Positions 45,592-53,823 of a stretch of DNA of 64,000 bases are shown here, piece by piece. How positions within the stretch are numbered: the stretch's first letter is position 1; every line of letters starts with the position of its first letter. This DNA comes from an uncultured Bacillales bacterium (GTDB lineage Bacteria > Bacillota_I > Bacilli_A > RF39 > UBA660), in the NCBI GenBank assembly GCA_946534345.1, contig CAMNCL010000006.1, forward strand, positions 50 through 64,049. Reading direction: 5' to 3'. The notes beneath the pieces are model-generated. The model had not been told where the DNA came from. It saw nothing but the letters and a program-made list of their open reading frames with translations, and did no database searches. The position numbers were made by a program, and so were the translations under genes.

Positions 45592-45619
45592 ACCAGTTTA
45601 TATTAGTTTTATTTTCATT
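45592..45619 (-). repeat. Core repeat copy 4 (truncated distal end of the array)
   Basis: 28 nt, AATGAAAATAAAACTAATATAAACTGGT, identical to copy 0. The AGGAG...CCAAATG part is missing. Confidence 0.85.
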
Positions 45620-45630
45620 ATATATAAAAA

Positions 45631-46095
45631 CTACTTTCTACTAATTTTTTGATAGTTTTCTCTTATAAAATATTCTTCAAAATCTTTATAATTAACTTTA
45701 ATAACTTTTTTAGGTATTAAATCATGATAACATCTATATTGAGTAGTAAATTGATGATTATCTTTAATCATTTCATCACTATTATCAAAAATATAAACGT
45801 AACCACATAAATCTTCTGGTAAATTATCTACTTCAAATATCATTGCGGGTAATTCGCCATTATTATTCATAGAAAATGAATAGTGTTCATTTATTTCTTT
45901 TAATCGCCTACTAAAAGCATAAGCAGCAGCAGTATAAATTGAACTAGTTAAAAACACAGCATTATCCTCATTATTCTTATCTTCATTATCTTTAGATTGT
46001 CTTATTTCTAACTTTTCAACTTCATGTGCTGTTCCATGAAATAAGAATTTTGGATTAAAAATATCTTGTTCTTTATATTCTTCTAATTCAAACAT
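45631..46095 (-). CDS. Hypothetical protein (154 aa)
   Basis: GGGAGAAG RBS before ATG 46095 (MFELEEYKEQ...). No motif recognised. Confidence 0.6.
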   Translation of the reverse strand: MFELEEYKEQDIFNPKFLFHGTAHEVEKLEIRQSKDNEDKNNEDNAVFLTSSIYTAAAYAFSRRLKEINEHYSFSMNNNGELPAMIFEVDNLPEDLCGYVYIFDNSDEMIKDNHQFTTQYRCYHDLIPKKVIKVNYKDFEEYFIRENYQKISRK

Positions 46096-46182
46096 AAATA
46101 TGCTTCTCCCTTTTAATAGTTTATTCTTAGAAATCACTTTCTAACGACTAAATTATAACATAAAAGAGCAGATTACTCTACT

Positions 46183-47244
46183 CTATCTTCTTGAAATACT
46201 ATTGATTATTTCAAAACTATTATCATGATTAAAATATTCTTCTTTATTATTATAAAAACTTATTCCATAAACTGTTTCTCCAATAGTTCCAGCTCTGTAA
46301 CTTATACTACTTTCAAGGAAATATGGCTTTTCTTTTCTCTCATATTCAATTGAATATCCTCGTAAATCTTTATCTAAATAATAAAATGTATCATAAGATG
46401 GTACTGTAAAAGTTGCATATGTTCTAGCAATATAATTTATTTTAATATCATTACTACTAGTAAAAATATTTTGCTTAAAATCTTTGTGATTTTCATAAAA
46501 TTTTAATAAATCAATTGAATCACGAATATTATACTTTTCAAGTAAACTATAAACATCCATCCAAGGAAAAACTGTACTATTAATTCCTAAGTGTTCCATA
46601 TTACCAATATCTATTGGTATACTTCTATTACATACTAATATCATCGCATCAAATGTTTCTTTATCTTCTAATCCTTTTACATATGGTTCACAATCATTCA
46701 CTACAAAACCACTTTTTGCACGATCAGTAACTAATTCAAATTCATCAGGAATATACATATCTAAGTTTTCATCTAAAACTGTCTTATTTGCCAAATTATT
46801 ATTACTAATTTGAACTGTTTTTATATTCTGATTAAATGGAAAAGTATTATTTTCATGAGTAATATTATCTTTATAATAAAAATAGGTAATAAATATTTTA
46901 TATAGTATATAAATAATAATTAATATAATTATAAATATAATAAACTTCTTAATTTTTTTATTTCTTTTCTTATTATTATAGTCAATAGTACTCACAATAT
47001 TTTCTTCTAATTTTTTTTGATAATTATCCTCATTAAGCTTCTCTCCTGAGAGTAATTCATTAATAGATATATCTAATTCTTCACATAAATCATTGATTAT
47101 TGAATAATCTGGCATACTATTACCATTTTCCCATTTAGATATAGTCCTGTTACTTACTCCTAATTTTTCTGCTAATTCTAGTTGACATAGTTTTTTCTCT
47201 TTTCTTTTTTCTTGAATGAACTTTCCAATTTTTTGTTGATTCAT
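46183..47244 (-). CDS. XRE-family HTH protein with TM segment and extracytoplasmic domain
   Basis: IGKFIQEKRKEKKLCQLELAEKLGVSNRTISKWENGNSMP HTH motif, followed by the TM FIIFIIILIIIYILYKIFITYF and a ~230-aa C-domain. Confidence 0.8.
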   Translation of the reverse strand: MNQQKIGKFIQEKRKEKKLCQLELAEKLGVSNRTISKWENGNSMPDYSIINDLCEELDISINELLSGEKLNEDNYQKKLEENIVSTIDYNNKKRNKKIKKFIIFIIILIIIYILYKIFITYFYYKDNITHENNTFPFNQNIKTVQISNNNLANKTVLDENLDMYIPDEFELVTDRAKSGFVVNDCEPYVKGLEDKETFDAMILVCNRSIPIDIGNMEHLGINSTVFPWMDVYSLLEKYNIRDSIDLLKFYENHKDFKQNIFTSSNDIKINYIARTYATFTVPSYDTFYYLDKDLRGYSIEYERKEKPYFLESSISYRAGTIGETVYGISFYNNKEEYFNHDNSFEIINSISRR

Positions 47245-47351
47245 ATTTCTCCTCCTTCATAATAGAAGATTATCAAAATTATTTGTTTAAAAACAGGAAC
47301 TAACCGTGGAATTAGTTATTTTTTCAATTTCATTATACTATATTTTTTTAC

Positions 47352-47380
47352 AAACAAAAAAGCATCAATAAGATGCTTTT
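47352..47380 (-). terminator. Intrinsic terminator after 47380..48327
   Basis: AGCATC-loop-GATGCT followed by TTTTTGTTTG on the minus strand. Confidence 0.7.
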
Positions 47381-48327
47381 TATTTAACAGCTCTAAAAAT
47401 ATAATAAACTTCTTTATTACTTATTTTTAATTTATTACCACTAACTTTAGTTATTCTACCACCGTATCCACTGCCATGTGCTCCTTCAGCGGCTCTACTA
47501 TTTCCTAAATAAATCCAAACATGACCGCCTTCACCTTTATTTCGGTAATATAGAACATCTCCCCTTCTTAATGAAGATAATTTACCATCATGTGTAATTC
47601 TAGTAAATCCTAATTTAACCATTTGATTTTTAGTATATTCATCTCTACTTGCTCCTGGTAATAATGTAAATGAAAATTTCTTTCCCAATGCTTTAACAAC
47701 ACAAGTTCTAGCAAAGTGACAACAACATGTTCCAGCAGCTACACTTGCATCTTTACTATTTTTAAAATTGGGCCAAAATTTTCTGTAGTCAGCCATAAAC
47801 TGAGGAGTAGAACCTCCCCCATTAAATCTACAATACTTACTTTTGGGAGTTCCTAATGGCCAAGCATAATATTCAGCGGCAGAGGCAATCCTTTCTGCAA
47901 GTTCACCATTTGGATTATAAGCAGCACTTCCACTATCAGTAGATTTTGCACTTCCATATTCATAACCACTAGGATCTGAAATTACTGGTTGAGTGTTTTC
48001 TTGATATGGATTCATATATTTAGAATTTAGTGAAGGCTTACCTATATTTTGATTCCAACACGCACTAACTTCGAATGAATCATTAGCTAGTAACATAAAA
48101 GCATTAACAATTGTTGGTATTAAAAATAATACAAATAATGCAATAAAAGTATTTCTAATTCTCTTTGGAATTTTCTTATCATCAGGATCTTTTACTAACA
48201 TTGAAAAATGAATTAATAAACCTATTATTGCAAGTATTGGTCCAGCAATCCAAATTATATTTAATACATTTTTAAAATAATACAAAAATATTCCTAATGT
48301 TGCATTATTACAATCCATTAATATCAT
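47380..48327 (-). CDS. Membrane-anchored NlpC/P60-superfamily (papain-fold) hydrolase candidate
   Basis: Three N-terminal TM. C-domain carries a Cys cluster (AAGTCCCHFARTC) and GDVLYYRNKGEGGHVWIYLG, resembling the NlpC/P60 His region. Confidence 0.6.
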   Translation of the reverse strand: MILMDCNNATLGIFLYYFKNVLNIIWIAGPILAIIGLLIHFSMLVKDPDDKKIPKRIRNTFIALFVLFLIPTIVNAFMLLANDSFEVSACWNQNIGKPSLNSKYMNPYQENTQPVISDPSGYEYGSAKSTDSGSAAYNPNGELAERIASAAEYYAWPLGTPKSKYCRFNGGGSTPQFMADYRKFWPNFKNSKDASVAAGTCCCHFARTCVVKALGKKFSFTLLPGASRDEYTKNQMVKLGFTRITHDGKLSSLRRGDVLYYRNKGEGGHVWIYLGNSRAAEGAHGSGYGGRITKVSGNKLKISNKEVYYIFRAVK

Positions 48328-48517
48328 AATATCACTCTCTCTATATATAACTACTATTATATATTTTCATAATAGTAAATATTTTTATTAAATACTTGCC
48401 CATTAGGAACATTAAACAAATTAGTACCTACTAATTTACCACCCATATGTTTATAAAAATCATTTGCAACATTTCCTTCTAAACAACCATTTACCATTTT
48501 ATTATATCCCATTTTCT

Positions 48518-49156
48518 TTAATTAAAAACAATTTTTTCTATTACTTCTATATTCGTATCAGTTAATTTCTCTTTTAAGCTTAATCCATCTTCTCTATTTC
48601 CAATTATTGATCCATAATGAATTGGAATTACTACTTTAGGATTAATTATTTTTACTAATTCAACTGCTTCTATTACATCCATCGTATAGTATCCACCGAT
48701 AGGTATAAAAGCAATATCACATTTTACTTTTTCTGCTTCTTCTGTTTTATCTGTATCTCCTGCTATATAATAAGAAATATTATTATAAGTTATAACATAT
48801 CCTAACCAATTATTTTCTCTAGGATGAAAACTTTTTTCATTATTATAAGCTGGAATTGTTTTTATATTAATACCATTTACTTCTATGTCTTCATTGGTAT
48901 TTAAAAATATATAATCTTTAAATTTAATACTATTTATTTCTTCCTTCATTGATGCAGGCGCAACTACAATAGTCTCACTATTCTTAATATTATTAATAGA
49001 ATCTAAATCAAAGTGATCATAATGACTATGTGTTATAAAAATAATGTCTGCATCATGTATATCATTTTCAATTTTAAATGGATCAAAGTATATAATTTTA
49101 TCAAGTATTATCTTTATACTACTTTGAGTATTAACTGTAATATTTTCAGTATTCAT
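48518..49156 (-). CDS. MBL-fold metallo-hydrolase
   Basis: FITHSHYDHFD (HxHxDH) motif, 212 aa. Confidence 0.85.
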   Translation of the reverse strand: MNTENITVNTQSSIKIILDKIIYFDPFKIENDIHDADIIFITHSHYDHFDLDSINNIKNSETIVVAPASMKEEINSIKFKDYIFLNTNEDIEVNGINIKTIPAYNNEKSFHPRENNWLGYVITYNNISYYIAGDTDKTEEAEKVKCDIAFIPIGGYYTMDVIEAVELVKIINPKVVIPIHYGSIIGNREDGLSLKEKLTDTNIEVIEKIVFN

Positions 49157-49160
49157 ATAA

Positions 49161-49721
49161 TCACTTCCTAGATTTATTTATCTCACCATATAATTCATTA
49201 AACTTTTCCTTAGATAAAATAGTTTTATATGCTGTAATTGGTATACCATTTTTAACCCAATCATTTTCAATTGTTTCAAAAGGTTCAAAGCCAAGTTTTT
49301 CTCCTATTGCTTTTGACTTATAATTACCTTCATCGTATCCACATATAATATTATCATATCCTTTTTCAAATAAGAATCTCATAATTTCAATTAATGCTTC
49401 TCTAGTATAACCTTTTCTCCAATAATCAGGATGAGTATTAAATGCTAACTCAATTGAATTTATTTCTGCTTGCTCCCTATCAGCCACAACATTACCAATA
49501 GGTTCCATCGTATCTTTTAAATAAATAATCCAGTCATATGTATTTGGTTCTTCTTTTTCCCATCCAGCTACATGATTAGGATCTATTTTTACAAATTCAA
49601 ATTCATCCGCAATATTTCTAAGTTTACGAAAATCATATTCGTATACTTTTTGAAAATCCTCTAATGTTCCTCTTTTTAAAACTAATCTATCAGTTTCTAA
49701 ATTTGGTGTTATATAGTTCAT
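49161..49721 (-). CDS. GNAT family N-acetyltransferase (RimJ/RimL-like)
   Basis: LETDRLVLKR N-terminus and WRKGYTREAL...GFEPF acetyl-CoA region. Confidence 0.8.
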   Translation of the reverse strand: MNYITPNLETDRLVLKRGTLEDFQKVYEYDFRKLRNIADEFEFVKIDPNHVAGWEKEEPNTYDWIIYLKDTMEPIGNVVADREQAEINSIELAFNTHPDYWRKGYTREALIEIMRFLFEKGYDNIICGYDEGNYKSKAIGEKLGFEPFETIENDWVKNGIPITAYKTILSKEKFNELYGEINKSRK

Positions 49722-49735
49722 ATAATAACTCCTAA

Positions 49736-50239
49736 CTAATTATTGCTTAACCCAGCATCTTCTCTAGTAATGTCTACTAGTTGGCATTTACCACCATCTT
49801 TTTCAGAATCTTCTACTATCTTTTTTAAAGTATAATTCTCTTTTTCTTGTTCACTAATATCTATTTTTTTATATCCTAATAATGTTGTGATAATTTTATT
49901 CTTTTTATCTAATTGATATTTATAAACTATACCATCCATTGTTTCATAAGTATTGGCAGTGTTTATAGCCTCTTCAGCATAAAAATCAAATGTTTTTTTA
50001 TCATTATATTTATAAATTGCTTTTACTTTCATATTAATAGCATATTTATCTTTATCATAATTAGTAGTTGTTGTACTAGTAAGATTTATTCCATCACTAT
50101 CATCTTTTTTTGTACAAATAGATGTAAAATCTCCTTTACTTAGTTTTAAATCAAGATTAGAATTTTTCTTCTCACAACCAGTTATAAAAATGATACTTAA
50201 CATCATCACAATAATCATTATTTTTTTCATTTTAAGCAC
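49736..50239 (-). CDS. Lipoprotein (hypothetical)
   Basis: Signal peptide with lipobox IFITGC. Confidence 0.7.
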   Translation of the reverse strand: MLKMKKIMIIVMMLSIIFITGCEKKNSNLDLKLSKGDFTSICTKKDDSDGINLTSTTTTNYDKDKYAINMKVKAIYKYNDKKTFDFYAEEAINTANTYETMDGIVYKYQLDKKNKIITTLLGYKKIDISEQEKENYTLKKIVEDSEKDGGKCQLVDITREDAGLSNN

Positions 50240-50254
50240 TCCTTAAAACCATCT

Positions 50255-51061
50255 TTACATTCTCTTATCATCAACCATTTGCCAAGGTCTAAATCTTTTT
50301 CCTTCAGTATGACCACTTAAGTTAAATTCTAAGAAATTATTATCTCTTAATATATCTTCCTCTTTTTCTAGTACTTTTATTATATTCTTAATTATATCTA
50401 ACCAAATAAAATCTGGTATTTCTTTATAACTTTCTGGAATGTTTTTATTAATAATCTCTTCTTCTATTCCACAACTTTTTAAATAATCAATTCTCTCTTT
50501 TCTAGATATTTTATAATCTTCATTATTAGTTAAATATGTTCTATATTCTTTAAATGTACCTATATTTACTCTTCTAATATCACTCCAAGGTATATTATAT
50601 CTTTCATGACAACTTATACCTTTTAATACTTCTCTACCATCAAATCCTTTACCAACCGCATCAATATAGATATTATTTCCTAAAGATATACCAACACTTA
50701 TTCCTGCATATCTTTCATATCTTTCACTTGGAGTAACACCTAATTTGAATAGTATTAAGACACCTCTTTTATTTTCTTTTTTGACTTCATCCATTACTTC
50801 TAAAATATCTGGATTAATCTCTTTAACAGGAATAGACTTCATACATAATTCTGATGTTGGATTTCCATTTCTAATACTTGTTAATGCTTGTAGAAAATCT
50901 TTATTTTTTAAATAATCATCTCTTGATGTAACTACTGCTAAAGACTCAACTGGACTTAATCCTGGAAAATATTTCATAATATTAATCATGTCTTTAGCAC
51001 GATGATATTTAAGTATATCCTTAATATCTTTTTCTCTACTACTTAAGAGCATATCTATCAC
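50255..51061 (-). CDS. Hypothetical protein (268 aa)
   Basis: Clean ORF. No motif recognised. Confidence 0.6.
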   Translation of the reverse strand: MIDMLLSSREKDIKDILKYHRAKDMINIMKYFPGLSPVESLAVVTSRDDYLKNKDFLQALTSIRNGNPTSELCMKSIPVKEINPDILEVMDEVKKENKRGVLILFKLGVTPSERYERYAGISVGISLGNNIYIDAVGKGFDGREVLKGISCHERYNIPWSDIRRVNIGTFKEYRTYLTNNEDYKISRKERIDYLKSCGIEEEIINKNIPESYKEIPDFIWLDIIKNIIKVLEKEEDILRDNNFLEFNLSGHTEGKRFRPWQMVDDKRM

Positions 51062-51091
51062 TCCTCTATTTATGATAATTATATCATAGTA

Positions 51092-51673
51092 CTAAGGTCT
51101 TTTTACTTTTACTTTTCCTAGATCTTTTTCTTCTAAAGAAAAACTATAATCTTTAGTAAGAGCTTCTAAGTATTTAAAACTAGTTCTATTATAGAAATGT
51201 TTATTTTTACGATTAGATTTAATCTCTTTAGGAGGATATATTATAGTATTATTCTCATCATATTCAATTAATTCATTATCAATAATATTCTTTAATAATT
51301 CTTCTCCATATGATACATAATGAATATATGTATCAGGGTATTCTATATCTGTTAATTTTTCTCTTAAATCTATTTGTATAAAATAATAATAGTCAGCTAT
51401 TTTATTATATATATTATCTAATTGTTCTTTTAATTTAATATATTCTATAACATTAGTATCCCCTTCTAATTCATTTTTTATTTTTATATATTTAGAAGTT
51501 TCTTCCATATATAGTATTTTATCCAAACTATAAGCATATAGAGCTACATTACGATTAAGTTTTAAATCAGATAATTTTCTTTTTAATTTTAAAATATTCT
51601 CTCTATCTTTATTTAATTCTTCTTGTATCTCATTTATTTTATATTTTTTTACTATATTTTCTATACTATTCAT
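51092..51673 (-). CDS. Hypothetical coiled-coil protein (193 aa)
   Basis: Real start is likely ATG 51673 (GGAGGT RBS, 1 nt after the upstream stop). The track extension to 51799 overlaps the upstream gene. Confidence 0.6.
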   Translation of the reverse strand: MNSIENIVKKYKINEIQEELNKDRENILKLKRKLSDLKLNRNVALYAYSLDKILYMEETSKYIKIKNELEGDTNVIEYIKLKEQLDNIYNKIADYYYFIQIDLREKLTDIEYPDTYIHYVSYGEELLKNIIDNELIEYDENNTIIYPPKEIKSNRKNKHFYNRTSFKYLEALTKDYSFSLEEKDLGKVKVKRP

Positions 51674-51674
51674 A

Positions 51675-52463
51675 TTAACCTCCAAAATAGTCTTCTTTTC
51701 GTAATACTTTTGTTTTCTCTGAAACACCTTTTTTATATTCTGAATAAGTAACAGGTAATCCATAAGTAATTCTAGTCTCAAAACTATAATCTTTATCATT
51801 TACTCTATTCTTTAACCAATAATGATCATGATACATTCCTGTTTTTAATAAGAAATCATATGTAGGTGGATCTAAATAATAACCATTATCTTTATAACCT
51901 CTTTGATAGGCAAAATATAACATTCCTCGAGTTATAAGTAAATCTTCTGATCTTCTTTGATTCTTTAATAAATTAACCATGTATTTACAAGCTTTAATAT
52001 CAGCTAATCTTTCTCCAGGATCAATCTCATAATTTATTTTAGTTCCTATATCTAAGAATTCTTTAATAAGATTATCAGAATTTCTAGTAAATTCTAAATT
52101 ATGTTCCATTGCATAAGCTCTTAGAGAATAATAAACAATAAGTGACTCTATATCTCTATGATTCTCATATAAAGTCTTTAAGTTTCTTGCATGTTCTAAT
52201 TCATGTCTTAATACATGTAGTGCATATAATTGATGATTTATAGGTTGTGCTTCTATTGCTTCTTTACTTATTTTTATACATCTATCTTCATTAGAATAAG
52301 CACCTAATAATTTTTTTGGTAAATTAGTTATTTGAAAATCTTTTACATAAGGAATTAATTCTTTTTCTTTATCAATCATTACTTCAAATGCATCAATAAT
52401 AAAGTTTTCATCTAAAGATGTATTCTTGTTTCTTTGGTATAATTCATATACTCTATCAGACAT
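51675..52463 (-). CDS. HExxH-motif protein (putative metallopeptidase-like)
   Basis: LHVLRHELEHARN. The family is not recognised. Confidence 0.6.
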   Translation of the reverse strand: MSDRVYELYQRNKNTSLDENFIIDAFEVMIDKEKELIPYVKDFQITNLPKKLLGAYSNEDRCIKISKEAIEAQPINHQLYALHVLRHELEHARNLKTLYENHRDIESLIVYYSLRAYAMEHNLEFTRNSDNLIKEFLDIGTKINYEIDPGERLADIKACKYMVNLLKNQRRSEDLLITRGMLYFAYQRGYKDNGYYLDPPTYDFLLKTGMYHDHYWLKNRVNDKDYSFETRITYGLPVTYSEYKKGVSEKTKVLRKEDYFGG

Positions 52464-52630
52464 AGATTCACCACTTTTCTTATATAATTATTATATCATA
52501 TGATATAATAGACAAGAACTCTCTAAAAGAAAATTTCAATAATAAATTTAAATCTTATTTAGATATTAAACCATATAAACCATATAGAAAAAGAAAAGAA
52601 AATGAAAATGAAGAAATATTTTCTAGAGCA

Positions 52631-52658
52631 AAATAAAACAACTTCAATTGAAGTTGTT
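52631..52658 (-). terminator. Intrinsic terminator after aguA (bidirectional shape)
   Basis: AACAACTTC-AATT-GAAGTTGTT flanked by A and T runs. Confidence 0.75.
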
Positions 52659-52659
52659 T

Positions 52660-53763
52660 TTACTTTTTAGAACCTTGTGGTACTTGTTGTGTAATACAGT
52701 GAATATTACCTCCACCTAGTAAGATTTCACGAGCATATACTGTTTCGATCTTTCTATCTGGGAATAATTCTTGTAATAATTCAACTGCTTTTTTATCGTT
52801 AGGATCATCAAATACAGGTAGAGCAATGAATCCATTTCCTGTATAGAAGTTAACATAGCTAGCAGCTAAACGATCTCCCTCTTGTCTTGGAAGAGTTCCA
52901 TCAACTGCATCTACTCCTTCACTCTCCTCTTTAGTAATTAAAATTGGAGCTGGAGTATACATCTTATGAACTTTGATTTTTCTTCCCTTTGCATCTGTTT
53001 CACTCTCTAAATATTTAAGAGCTTCCATACTTCTTTCATATTGAGGATCATTTTCATCATCTGTCCAAGCAAGTATAACTTCTCCAGGTTTAACGAAATT
53101 ACACATATTATCTACATGTCCATTTGTTTCATCATTATAAATTCCTCTAGGAATCCATAATACTTTTTCACAATTTAGATACTCACATAGAGTATTACCA
53201 ATTTCTTCTTTAGTCATATGTGAATTACGTCCTTCTGATAATAGACATTCTTCAGTAACCATTACTGTACCTTCTCCATCAACATGAATAGATCCACCTT
53301 CTAGAATGAAGTCATCTAATCTATATCTATCAGCAGCTTCTAATTCACACATTTTTTGAGCGATTTTATCATCTGAATCCCATGGGAAGTATAATCCATC
53401 TACTAATCCTCCCCAGGCATTAAATGTCCAATCTACTCCTCTTAATTTACCTTTGTCATTAACAACAAAAGTAGCTCCACAATCTCTTACCCAAGAATCA
53501 TCGTTAGACATTTCTACTACACGAACATAATCAGGTAACATATTACGAGCATTAGAATATTGAGCTTTAGACACAATCATTGTCATTTGTTCATATTTAC
53601 CAATAATACTAGCTACTTCAGTAAATACTTTTTGAGCAGGTTTTGCGCCTAATCTCCAGTTATCTGGTCTCTCAGGCCAGATCATATAACAACCTCTATG
53701 AGGTTCAAATTCTCCAGGCATTCTGAATCCGTCTGCCTTAGGAGTACTATCTAATCTCTTCAA
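52660..53763 (-). CDS. aguA: Agmatine deiminase
   Basis: 367 aa. PAD_porph-type C-terminus [11 protein letters not shown] with catalytic Cys. Cluster context. Confidence 0.9.
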   Translation of the reverse strand: MKRLDSTPKADGFRMPGEFEPHRGCYMIWPERPDNWRLGAKPAQKVFTEVASIIGKYEQMTMIVSKAQYSNARNMLPDYVRVVEMSNDDSWVRDCGATFVVNDKGKLRGVDWTFNAWGGLVDGLYFPWDSDDKIAQKMCELEAADRYRLDDFILEGGSIHVDGEGTVMVTEECLLSEGRNSHMTKEEIGNTLCEYLNCEKVLWIPRGIYNDETNGHVDNMCNFVKPGEVILAWTDDENDPQYERSMEALKYLESETDAKGRKIKVHKMYTPAPILITKEESEGVDAVDGTLPRQEGDRLAASYVNFYTGNGFIALPVFDDPNDKKAVELLQELFPDRKIETVYAREILLGGGNIHCITQQVPQGSKK

Positions 53764-53823
53764 ATTAACCCTTCTTTCTTTTTGTATTATTAGACAAAGG
53801 AGGTATTAAACCTCCTAGTCTTT

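Noticed and set aside
48357-48512. 51-aa minus-strand ORF (MGYNKMVNGCLEGNVANDFYKHMGG...) in the gap between the MBL hydrolase and NlpC/P60-like genes
   Set aside because: It has no RBS and no recognisable motif. It may be a remnant of a decayed gene, and the evidence is insufficient to call it a CDS or a pseudogene.
51675-51799. 125-nt overlap between track ORFs 51092-51799 and 51675-52463, considered as a frameshifted pseudogene
   Set aside because: An internal ATG at 51673 with a GGAGGT RBS, 1 nt after the upstream stop, gives a normal coupled gene pair. The overlap is an artefact of the longest-ORF extension.
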